Position numbers and translations under genes: made by a program
In this document: positions 42,570 to 50,266 of the stretch, piece after piece
Layout: each line of letters starts with the position of its first letter
Position numbering within the stretch: position 1 is the stretch's first letter
Notes under the pieces: generated by a model
What the model saw: the letters and a program-made list of their open reading frames with translations, nothing else
The model's database searches: none
What the model was told of the DNA's origin: nothing
Source: Gaiellales bacterium
Lineage (GTDB): Bacteria; Actinomycetota; Thermoleophilia; Gaiellales; JAICJC01
DNA: 54,766 bases
Assembly (NCBI GenBank): GCA_035639615.1
Contig: DASQXS010000370.1
Span: forward strand, 1-54,766
Reading direction: 5' to 3'

Positions 42570-43342
42570 CCGCCCACCACCTGGAGGCGCCGCTCGCCGG
42601 CGCGGAAGACGCCGGCCGCAGCGGCGGCGAGCGCGACGAGCCAGGCGGCCTGCTCTGCCAGGAGCCAGGGCTCAAGGTGGCCCGACATCAACCGGGCGGG
42701 GGCGTACGCCATGGTCGAGAACGGGAGCGCCCTGGCGGCCTCGGCGAGCGGGCCGGGCAGGAACTCGAGCGGCAGCAGCATCCCGCCGAGCAGGAAGACG
42801 AGCTTCTGGTAGAGGAACCACGAGGAGCGCGCATCGCGAAGCCAGAACGCCGCCCCGGCGAACGCGTGCTGGGCGGAGAGGTTGCACGCGACCGCGAGGA
42901 CAGACGCCGGCAGGGCCAGCAGTGCCGCGCCGGCGTCCGGCGGCGGGCCGACGTAGAGCCAGGCGATGACCGCGGCGACCATCCAGGCACACACCAGGCG
43001 GACGAGCGCCTCCCCGAGCTCCGCCGCCAGCCGCAGCCCGATGACGGACGCCGGCCGCAGCATCTCGGTGACGATCGCCCCGGAGGCGATGTCCCAGCCG
43101 ATCGTCTCGATCATCCGCGGCTTGGTGGCGATCACGGCGCCCTCCGCCGCGGCGATGTACCAGAGCAGCGCCCGCTGGTTGTAGCCGGCGATCGCGCCGT
43201 CGCTCGCCTTGACTGCCGCGCCCCAGAGCGCCGCGAACACCACCAGGATGAAGGCGTAGAAGGTGACCCGGACGGCGAGCTCGCCGGGCTGTCCGAACAC
43301 GCGCCGGGCAGCCCAGCGGGCCTGGGCGGCGGCCGCGCTCAT
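42566..43342 (-). CDS. ABC-2 family transporter permease
   Basis: 258 aa polytopic protein. ATG 43342 overlaps the ATPase stop (ATGA). Confidence 0.8.
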   Translation of the reverse strand: MSAAAAQARWAARRVFGQPGELAVRVTFYAFILVVFAALWGAAVKASDGAIAGYNQRALLWYIAAAEGAVIATKPRMIETIGWDIASGAIVTEMLRPASVIGLRLAAELGEALVRLVCAWMVAAVIAWLYVGPPPDAGAALLALPASVLAVACNLSAQHAFAGAAFWLRDARSSWFLYQKLVFLLGGMLLPLEFLPGPLAEAARALPFSTMAYAPARLMSGHLEPWLLAEQAAWLVALAAAAAGVFRAGERRLQVVGG

Positions 43343-44280
43343 CGCTGCACCTCGTAGATCTCCGAGATCACCTGTTCGAGCGGCGGGTCGACGACCGAGA
43401 TGTCGGCGATCGGGTGGGCGTCCAGCAGCTCGTCGAGGACGGCCCGCACCGAGGCCCGGCGCGTGTCGACGACGAGGCGGTACACGGTGTCGGACTCGGC
43501 CTTCACCTCGACTCCGTCGATGCGGAGGTCGTGCGTCGGATCGTCGAAGCGCACCTCGAGCAGCTTGGTCTGCAGGAGCGAGGTTCGCATCCGCTGCACC
43601 GCGTCGTCGTAGATCACCGTGCCGTGGTTGATCACGACGACCCGGTTCGCGACGTGCTCGATGTCGGCCACGTCATGCGAGGTGAGAAACACGGTCGTCC
43701 CGCGCTCCTCGTTCAAGCGCACCACCATCTCGCGGAAGCGCTGCTTCGCGATCAGGTCAAGGCCGATCGTCGGCTCGTCGAGGAAGAGCACCTCGGGGCC
43801 GTGGAGCACCGTCGCCGCTAGCTCGCAGCGCATCCGCTGACCCAGCGAGAGGGTGCGGACGGGCAGGTCGAGCAGCTCGCCGGCGTCGAGCAGCTCGGCC
43901 AGCTCGTCGATGCGGCGGCGGGTCTCAGCCGGGTCGAGGCGATAGATGCGCGCGAGCAGCCGCAGCGTCTGGCGGCTCGTGAGCTCGAACCAGAGCTGAG
44001 AGCGCTGGCCGAAGAGCGTGCCGATCCGGCGGGCGAGCTCGCGCCGCCGCTTCCACGGCACGATGCCGAGGACGGTCGCATCGCCCCGGGTCGGGTGCAG
44101 GATGCCCGTGAGCATCTTGATCGACGTCGACTTGCCGGCGCCGTTCGGGCCGATGTACGCCAGGCGCTCGCCGCGCTCCACCGCGAAGGTGATGTCGCGC
44201 ACGGCCTCGACCGTCCGCCGCCCGCGGCCGCGGCCGGAGGTGAAGGCCTTGCTCAGCTCGGATGTCTCGATTGCCAGCAT
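43339..44280 (-). CDS. ABC transporter ATP-binding protein (ABC-2 exporter type)
   Basis: 313 aa. Walker A 'GPNGAGKST', signature 'LSLGQRMR', Walker B 'LFLDEPTIGLD', plus a C-terminal accessory domain. Confidence 0.9.
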   Translation of the reverse strand: MLAIETSELSKAFTSGRGRGRRTVEAVRDITFAVERGERLAYIGPNGAGKSTSIKMLTGILHPTRGDATVLGIVPWKRRRELARRIGTLFGQRSQLWFELTSRQTLRLLARIYRLDPAETRRRIDELAELLDAGELLDLPVRTLSLGQRMRCELAATVLHGPEVLFLDEPTIGLDLIAKQRFREMVVRLNEERGTTVFLTSHDVADIEHVANRVVVINHGTVIYDDAVQRMRTSLLQTKLLEVRFDDPTHDLRIDGVEVKAESDTVYRLVVDTRRASVRAVLDELLDAHPIADISVVDPPLEQVISEIYEVQR

Positions 44281-44299
44281 GGGTTCCGCGAGTGGTCAG

Positions 44300-44333
44300 A
44301 CAAAAACGCCCCGGATGGTTGCTCCCGGGGCGT
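44300..44333 (-). terminator. intrinsic terminator-like hairpin with U-tract, 20 nt upstream of the ABC-2 operon start (attenuator candidate)
   Basis: Minus strand reads ACGCCCCGG-gagcaaccat-CCGGGGCGT-TTTTTG. This is a 9-bp perfect stem. A near-copy of the 3' arm (CCGGGCGT, plus-strand 44370-44377) lies upstream and could pair with the 5' arm instead. Confidence 0.55.
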
Positions 44334-44509
44334 CGGCGGTCAGAGTGGTTGATCCGTCTAGTGCGCGCGACGCCCGGGCCCGGGGGGCTCCCCAGGCGTG
44401 ACCGTGATCTCGGTGTACGGGCGGCACGTCATCCAGCGGCACCATAGCCGCGGCCCGGGCGCGGCCGCAAGGCCCGCGCAGGCGCGGTTCGCGACGTATC
44501 CTGGCCGCG

Positions 44510-46438
44510 ATGCTGGACAGGCTCTTCTCGCCGCTCGAGCTGGGGCCGGTGACGATCCCGAACCGGGTCGTCTCGACCTCGCACCAGACCTCGCTCGTCC
44601 ACGACCACCTGCCGACCGAGGACCTGGTCGCCTATCACCGGGCGCGCGCCGCTGGCGGCGCGGGGCTGATCGTCGTCGAGGCGACGGCGGTCCATCCGAC
44701 CGGGCTTCTGACGGCCCACACGATCGGCGGCTACCTCCCGGAGATCGTCCCGGTCTGGGCGAGGCTCGCCGAGGCGGTGCACGAGCACGGAACCCGGATC
44801 ATGTGCCAGCTCTTCCACGGCGGCCGCGAGGTGATCGCGTCGGGAACGCGGCCCCCTGCCGTCGCGCCGAGCCCGATCCCCTCAGCCCGCTTCAAGACCG
44901 AGCCCCGCGGGCTCACCCGGGCGGAGATCCGGGAGATGCTCGAGGGCTACCGGCACGCCGCCGCGTACGCCGCCGAGGGAGGCCTCGACGGGGTCGAGGT
45001 GTGCGCCGGGTTCGGCTACCTGCCGACGCAGTTCCTCTCCCGCCACGCGAACGCCCGCACCGACGAGTACGGCGGCAGCTTCGAGAACCGGCTCCGGTTC
45101 CTGCGCGAGGTGCTCGAGGCGATGCGTGCCGGCTTCGGCCCGAACGGCGCGATCGGCTGCCGGCTCACGGACGAGAGCACCTCCGCCGAGGGCACCGACA
45201 CCGAGGACGTCCTGGCGGCGGCCGAGTCCCTGAGCCGGACCGGCGCCGCCGACTACATCTCGGTCGCCCTCGGCTCCTCGCCCACGTACCGCGGCTCGAC
45301 CTGGATCGTCCCGCCGTCGCCGGCGCCCCGAAACGCCGTCGAGGGCTTCGCGCGCGCGGTGAAGGCGCGAACGTCCGTGCCGGTGATCGCGGCGGGCCGC
45401 GTCGTCGACCCCGCCGACGCGGAGCGGCTGATCGCGGAGGGCGCCTGCGACGCCGTCGGGATGACGCGAGCGCAGATCGCAGACCCAGAGCTCGCGCGGC
45501 GGGCCCGATCCGGGCTCCCGGTCACGCGGTGCATCGGATGCAACCAGGGCTGCATCGGCCACTACCACGCCGGCGTCCCGATCGCGTGCACCGTGAACCC
45601 GTGGGCCGGCTACGAGCGGACGCTCCCGCTGCCGACGGCGGCGGCCTCGCCGGGGACGGTGGTCGTCGTCGGCGCGGGCCCGGGCGGCTGTGCGGCCGCC
45701 GCTGCCGCCGCCGCACGCGGCCACCGGGTCGTGGTCTTCGAGCGCCGGCAGGGCCCGGGCGGCCAGATGCGGCTCGCGCGGGCGGCGCCCGGCCACGCCG
45801 AGGTGGCCGAGGAGCTCCTGCGCATCCTCTCGCGATGGCTGGGCGGTGCCGATGCGCGCTTCGGGCGCGACGCCTCGAGCGCGGAGATCCTGGACGAGGA
45901 GCCGAGCCGGGTGATCCTCGCGACCGGCGCCGAGCCGCACCGCCCTGCGCTCGCCGGCGACGGGGTGCGGGTCGTCCAGGCGTGGGACGTCCTGGCCGGG
46001 GCAGAGACGGGCGAGCGCGTGCTCGTGAGCGACTGGGGCGGCGACTGGACCGGCCTCGATACCGCCGAGGCGCTCGCCGGTCGCGGTGCCCGGGTGCGGC
46101 TCGTCACGTCCGCGGTCGGCTTCGGCGAGGCCGTCCACCAGTACCAGCGCAACCTCTACCTCGCCCGGCTCGACGAGGCGGGCGTCGAGCTCCTCCACCA
46201 CCTCCGCCCGGTGGCGCTCGCCCCGGGCGCCGTCGCCTGCGAGAACGTGTTCTCGGGCCGGCGAGTCGAGCTGGAGAACGTCGACACGCTCGTCCTGAGC
46301 GCCGGCCGCACGCTCCGAGACGGCCTCTTCGAGGAGCTGGCCGAGACCGGCGTCGCCGTGGAGCGGGTGGGCGACTGCCTGGGCCCGCGCTCCTTCGAGG
46401 AGGCCATCCGCGAGGGCACCCTCGCCGGCCTTCGATAA
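44510..46438 (+). CDS. OYE-family NADH:flavin oxidoreductase / 2,4-dienoyl-CoA reductase-like Fe-S flavoenzyme
   Basis: 642 aa. It has an OYE TIM-barrel N-terminus ('IPNRVVSTSHQT', 'QLFHGGR'). The Cys cluster 'CIGCNQGCIGHY ... IACTVNP' follows. A Rossmann fold 'VVVVGAGPGGCAAA' is also present. Confidence 0.85.
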   Translation: MLDRLFSPLELGPVTIPNRVVSTSHQTSLVHDHLPTEDLVAYHRARAAGGAGLIVVEATAVHPTGLLTAHTIGGYLPEIVPVWARLAEAVHEHGTRIMCQLFHGGREVIASGTRPPAVAPSPIPSARFKTEPRGLTRAEIREMLEGYRHAAAYAAEGGLDGVEVCAGFGYLPTQFLSRHANARTDEYGGSFENRLRFLREVLEAMRAGFGPNGAIGCRLTDESTSAEGTDTEDVLAAAESLSRTGAADYISVALGSSPTYRGSTWIVPPSPAPRNAVEGFARAVKARTSVPVIAAGRVVDPADAERLIAEGACDAVGMTRAQIADPELARRARSGLPVTRCIGCNQGCIGHYHAGVPIACTVNPWAGYERTLPLPTAAASPGTVVVVGAGPGGCAAAAAAAARGHRVVVFERRQGPGGQMRLARAAPGHAEVAEELLRILSRWLGGADARFGRDASSAEILDEEPSRVILATGAEPHRPALAGDGVRVVQAWDVLAGAETGERVLVSDWGGDWTGLDTAEALAGRGARVRLVTSAVGFGEAVHQYQRNLYLARLDEAGVELLHHLRPVALAPGAVACENVFSGRRVELENVDTLVLSAGRTLRDGLFEELAETGVAVERVGDCLGPRSFEEAIREGTLAGLR

Positions 46439-46440
46439 CC

Positions 46441-46521
46441 GTGGGGGCGCAGGCTCCCCCACGAGCCCCCCGACGGGTTGCTCGAACCGTCCGTGCGAGG
46501 CCGGGAGCCAAGCTCCCGGCC
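46441..46521 (+). terminator. two GC-rich hairpins after the flavoenzyme gene (terminator-like, no U-tract)
   Basis: 46441-46462 reads gtggggg-cgcaggct-cccccac. 46499-46521 reads ggccgggagc-caa-gctcccggcc (10-bp stem). Confidence 0.35.
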
Positions 46522-46630
46522 TCAGCCGTTCCAGCCCGGCGGCTTCCGCCTTCCGCTGAAAGGACGGGGTCAGGCACCGTCATTGCATGCTTGGACGTCA
46601 CGGGAGGTGAAGTCCGGCCGCCGGGTGACG

Positions 46631-46954
46631 ATGACCAGGGGCATGCCGACCTGGCCGCCCGACGCCCTTCACCACCTGGCGCTGGGGCTCATCCCCGCCC
46701 TCCCGGTGACGCTGCCAGCGGTGCGCAGCGACGGCGGCGGGGTGACACCGCTCTACCTCGGGGAGGCCGACGACGGGTCGATCACCGGTGTCCTGCCGGG
46801 CCCGCCCCCAGCGCTCGGGCTCGCGCTCACGGCGCACGTCGGCGACGGGCCGCGGAGCCGATACGAGCTCGACCTGCGGGTGTGGTCGGCCGAACGGATC
46901 CGCAGGACAGAATCGCTCGTCCGCCTCGTCGTCTCGGGCTGTCAGCCGGCCTGA
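46631..46954 (+). CDS. stand-alone paralogue of the N-terminal (YcgR/PilZN-like) domain of the downstream PilZ protein
   Basis: ATG 46631 gives 107 aa. 'LHHLALGLIPALP ... SDGGG ... RSRYELDLRV ... LVRLVVSG' aligns with 'LLTLALGVLPPPP ... SEDGGA ... RGRYEVEFEV ... LVHAAISG' of ORF 47427..48158. Confidence 0.5.
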   Translation: MTRGMPTWPPDALHHLALGLIPALPVTLPAVRSDGGGVTPLYLGEADDGSITGVLPGPPPALGLALTAHVGDGPRSRYELDLRVWSAERIRRTESLVRLVVSGCQPA

Positions 46955-47361
46955 ACGGGCCGCACCCGGTCGCCCAGCTCGATCGGCTCGATCTCGGTCC
47001 AGACGGCGTCGGCGCCGCAGCCGGGGCAGAAGCGCGGCTCCTCGGCGTAATGGTCCGCCTCCATGAGCGCCTCGCGCACGAGCCGTGTCTCCACGTCGAA
47101 GGCCGCCTGCCCGGTGCGGCGGGCGATGCGCTCGGCCTCGGCGTGCAGCCGGGCCGCGTCGTAGCCGAGCGTGATCCGGGTGCCGCAGTAGGCGCAGAGC
47201 GCCATTCGCAGCGCCGGCGTCCCGGTCGAGGGCCGGTCCTCGTCGAACCGCCGGAAGGCGAGCCAGAGCGCGACCAGGATGCCCACCAGCGGCAGCTTCA
47301 GGACGAGCGCGAGGAAGATCACGACCCAGACGTCCGCCGACCACAGCGCGAGGAGCGCCAT
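46942..47361 (-). CDS. membrane-anchored zinc-ribbon protein
   Basis: 139 aa. Two N-terminal TM helices are followed by 'CAYCG ... CPGCG' (CxxC x2). Confidence 0.55.
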   Translation of the reverse strand: MALLALWSADVWVVIFLALVLKLPLVGILVALWLAFRRFDEDRPSTGTPALRMALCAYCGTRITLGYDAARLHAEAERIARRTGQAAFDVETRLVREALMEADHYAEEPRFCPGCGADAVWTEIEPIELGDRVRPVQAG

Positions 47362-47426
47362 GCCGACACCTTACCCCACGACGGCTACAGTAACCCGATG
47401 CCGGCGCCGATCCCGGTCTCGGGCCT

Positions 47427-48158
47427 ATGAGGAAACCGACCCGCCAGGAGCTTCTCACCCTCGCCCTGGGCGTTCTGCCGCCCCCGCCCACCCACGTCGA
47501 GGTGCTGTCCGAGGACGGCGGCGCGTTCGACCTCAGGATCGTCGAGGTGGAGGGCGAGATCCTCCACGCCTACGCCCCGCGCACGCGCGTCCGCAAGGAG
47601 CTCCACCTCCTGGCCCGTGTGACCGACGAGGAGCGCGGGCGCTACGAGGTCGAGTTCGAGGTCGACGAGACCTACTTCCACAGCGGCGCGGAGGCGCTCG
47701 TCCACGCGGCGATCTCGGGCGTGCGCCATCGCAAGATGCGGCGGGCCGCGCCCCGGATCCCGGTCACCGAGCGCGCCGAGGTGCGGGTGATCTTCGGTCG
47801 CACGCTCGCGCGCGACTCGACGTTCGACGTGCGCCTGACCGACGTCTCGACGACGGGCGTCGGCTTCACGTGCGCGGACACCGTCCACCCGGGCGACATC
47901 CTGAGCGTGGCGACGTCGCTCAAGGGGCACGGCGTCGAGATCGAGGCCCGGGTCGTCAGGGTCGACCCGGCGCCGTACGGCCGCATTCGCGTCGGCGGTG
48001 AGATCACCGAGGTCGACGACGACCACCGCCGCCTGATCGCCCAGCTCGCCACGGAGGAGGGCCAGGCCGGGTCGGAGGCCGAGCGCCGGGCCCACACCGA
48101 GGCATTCCGCCGCGGCGGCGACGGCGGCGGCCTGCGCACGCGCGTCGAGCGCAGCTGA
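47427..48158 (+). CDS. PilZ domain protein (YcgR-like two-domain architecture)
   Basis: 243 aa. The c-di-GMP-binding signatures are 'RRAAPR' (RRxxxR) and 'DVSTTG' (D/NxSxxG). Confidence 0.8.
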   Translation: MRKPTRQELLTLALGVLPPPPTHVEVLSEDGGAFDLRIVEVEGEILHAYAPRTRVRKELHLLARVTDEERGRYEVEFEVDETYFHSGAEALVHAAISGVRHRKMRRAAPRIPVTERAEVRVIFGRTLARDSTFDVRLTDVSTTGVGFTCADTVHPGDILSVATSLKGHGVEIEARVVRVDPAPYGRIRVGGEITEVDDDHRRLIAQLATEEGQAGSEAERRAHTEAFRRGGDGGGLRTRVERS

Positions 48159-48207
48159 CCGAACGGGGGATCAAGACCCGGCCGGGCGTGCCGATACCTG
48201 TCTAGCA

Positions 48208-48228
48208 GGGCGGACGAACGCTCCGCCC
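48208..48228 (+). terminator. hairpin after the PilZ gene (terminator-like)
   Basis: gggcgga-cgaacgc-tccgccc, a 7-bp stem followed by gggttctc. Confidence 0.3.
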
Positions 48229-48252
48229 GGGTTCTCGACAAGGGGGTCAAGG

Positions 48253-48420
48253 GTGGGCGTGCTCATGGGCGTCTTCACCAATCAACGGGGCAGCGTCGCC
48301 TCGGAGCTGAGCTTCGGTGCAATGGTCGTCGGCATCCTCGTGATGGGAGGCCTGTACATGGTCGCCCAGATCGAGGGCGTGTCGTTCACCGTGCTCCTGC
48401 ACCAGCTCAAGGGCGGCTGA
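48253..48420 (+). CDS. small hydrophobic protein with Flp/type IV pilin-like leader (G|xxxxE)
   Basis: 55 codons, below the track cutoff: 'VGVLMGVFTNQRG|SVASELSFGAMVVGILVMGGLYMVAQIEGVSFTVLLHQLKGG'. Third codon positions are almost all G/C. aagggggt lies upstream. Glu sits at +5 after the Gly, followed by a hydrophobic helix. ATG 48265 is an alternative start. Confidence 0.4.
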   Translation: MGVLMGVFTNQRGSVASELSFGAMVVGILVMGGLYMVAQIEGVSFTVLLHQLKGG

Positions 48421-48454
48421 CAGAGGCCGTTTCACCGCCCGCTAACCTGAGCGG

Positions 48455-50266
48455 GTGACCTTTCGGCGACTGCTGGGATTCCTGCGCCCGTACCGGGGGC
48501 AGGTGGTCGCATCGTCGCTCCTCGCAGTGTGCTCGCAGGCCGCCGGGCTGACGATCCCCTACCTGACGGGCCAGGTCATCGACACGGTGAACGCGGCATC
48601 GCACTCGGATCGCCGCCTCTTCACCTACGCCGGGCTGGTGGTCGCCGCCGGCGCGGTCAAGGGCGTCCTCATGCTCTTTCGCCGCTGGCTCGCGGGGCGG
48701 CTGTCGCTCGCCGTCGAGTTCGACCTCCGAAACGCCATGTACGGGCACCTGCAGCGCCTGTCGTTCGGGTTCTTCGACCGCCACCAGACCGGCCAGCTGA
48801 TGTCCCGCGCCACCGTCGACCTGCAGTCGGTCCGGTTCTTCCTCGGCTACGGGCTGATCTTCTTCACCCAGAACCTGATCACGCTCGCGATCGTGGCGAT
48901 CGCGCTCGTCCTGATCAGCTGGCAGCTGGCGCTCATCGCCTTCGCGGTCGCGCCGATCCTCACCCGGAGCGCCTACCGGTACTCGCGCGTCAGCCATCCC
49001 GTGTTGAAGGAGGTGCAGCAGCGGGTGGCCGACGTCACGACGCAGGCCGAGGAGAACATCGTCGGCGTGCGCGTCGTGAAGGCGTTCGCCCAGGAGCCGC
49101 GCCAGCTGCGCCGCTTCGCCGCAGGCACCGAGCGCATCTTCGACCAGGCCATCCTGGCTGCCCGGCTGCAGTCCCGCTACGTGCCGTTCATGTCGTCACT
49201 CCCGAACCTCGCCATGGCCGCGGTGGTGCTTGTCGGCGGCTACCAGGTCGTCCACCACGAGCTCAGCCTGGGATCGTTCTTTGCGATTAACGGCTACCTC
49301 CTGATGCTCGTCGTCCCGCTGCGCTCGATCGGCATGTGGGTCGGGCAGTACCAGCGCGCCATGGCCTCCGGCGAGCGCATCTTCGAGGTGCTGGACGTCG
49401 ACCGCGACATCCTCGAGCGGCCCGGGGCCGTCCCGCTCGCCCCCGGCCCCGGGGCGATCCACATGGGCGGCGTCCGCTTCGGCTACAGCCCCGACCGGCC
49501 CGTCCTGCACGGCATCGACCTCGACATCGCGCCCGGGTCGACCGTCGCCCTGATCGGACCGACCGGGTGCGGAAAGACCACCCTGACGACGCTCATCCCC
49601 CGCTTCTACGACGTCCAGGCCGGCGCGATCGAGGTCGACGGGCAGGATGTCCGCGACGTGACGCTCGACTCGCTCCGGGCCGCCGTCGGCATCGTCAGCC
49701 AGGACACCTTCCTCTTCTCGACGACCGTCGCCGAGAACATCGCCTACGGCACGCCGGGCGCCTCGCCGGACGAGATCGTCGCCGCCGCCCGCCAGGCCCA
49801 GGCGCACGAGTTCATCTGCGACCTCCCGGACGGATACGAGACGCTCGTCGGCGAGCGCGGCCTGTCGCTCTCCGGCGGTCAGCGGCAGCGGATCGCCATC
49901 GCGCGGGCCCTGCTCATGAACCCGCGCGTGCTCATCCTCGACGACGCCACCGCCTCCGTCGACGCCTCGACCGAGGCTCGGATCAAGCTGGCCCTGCGGG
50001 AGGTCATGAAGGGCCGGACGACCCTGATCATCGCGCACCGGCTGTCGACCATCTCCCTCGCCGACGAGGTGGTGGTGCTCGACCGCGGCCGGATCGTCGC
50101 CCGCGGCCGCCACGACGAGCTCGTGGAGGAGAGCCCGGTCTACCGCCAGATCCACGACCACGGTCTGGTCGACCGGCGCTTCGTCCATCTCGACCCGGAC
50201 GGCGCGCCGATCGAGAAGGACGGCGACGAGCGCCGCCGGGCCGCGTCGTCGGGGCGGCTGCCGTGA
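48455..50266 (+). CDS. ABC exporter, fused permease/ATPase (MdlA/MsbA-like half transporter)
   Basis: 603 aa. Six-TM domain, Walker A 'GPTGCGKTT', signature 'LSGGQRQRIAIARAL', Walker B 'LILDDATASVD'. Confidence 0.92.
   Translation: MTFRRLLGFLRPYRGQVVASSLLAVCSQAAGLTIPYLTGQVIDTVNAASHSDRRLFTYAGLVVAAGAVKGVLMLFRRWLAGRLSLAVEFDLRNAMYGHLQRLSFGFFDRHQTGQLMSRATVDLQSVRFFLGYGLIFFTQNLITLAIVAIALVLISWQLALIAFAVAPILTRSAYRYSRVSHPVLKEVQQRVADVTTQAEENIVGVRVVKAFAQEPRQLRRFAAGTERIFDQAILAARLQSRYVPFMSSLPNLAMAAVVLVGGYQVVHHELSLGSFFAINGYLLMLVVPLRSIGMWVGQYQRAMASGERIFEVLDVDRDILERPGAVPLAPGPGAIHMGGVRFGYSPDRPVLHGIDLDIAPGSTVALIGPTGCGKTTLTTLIPRFYDVQAGAIEVDGQDVRDVTLDSLRAAVGIVSQDTFLFSTTVAENIAYGTPGASPDEIVAAARQAQAHEFICDLPDGYETLVGERGLSLSGGQRQRIAIARALLMNPRVLILDDATASVDASTEARIKLALREVMKGRTTLIIAHRLSTISLADEVVVLDRGRIVARGRHDELVEESPVYRQIHDHGLVDRRFVHLDPDGAPIEKDGDERRRAASSGRLP

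Noticed and set aside
44296-44445. 49-codon ORF in the ABC-2 leader as a leader peptide gene
   Set aside because: Third-position G/C is clearly lower than in real genes here and there is no SD. I keep it only as a possibility inside the attenuator finding.
44398-47430. 1010-aa plus-strand ORF
   Set aside because: It is Arg/Pro/Gly-rich throughout and out of frame with the well-supported OYE-family gene (44510-46438). It also runs antisense across 46942-47361. It is an artefact.
48247-48435. 62-aa minus-strand ORF from the track
   Set aside because: It has an acidic/His-rich odd composition and poor third-position G/C. The opposite strand encodes a 55-codon ORF with genome-typical codon bias and an SD-like sequence, which I prefer.
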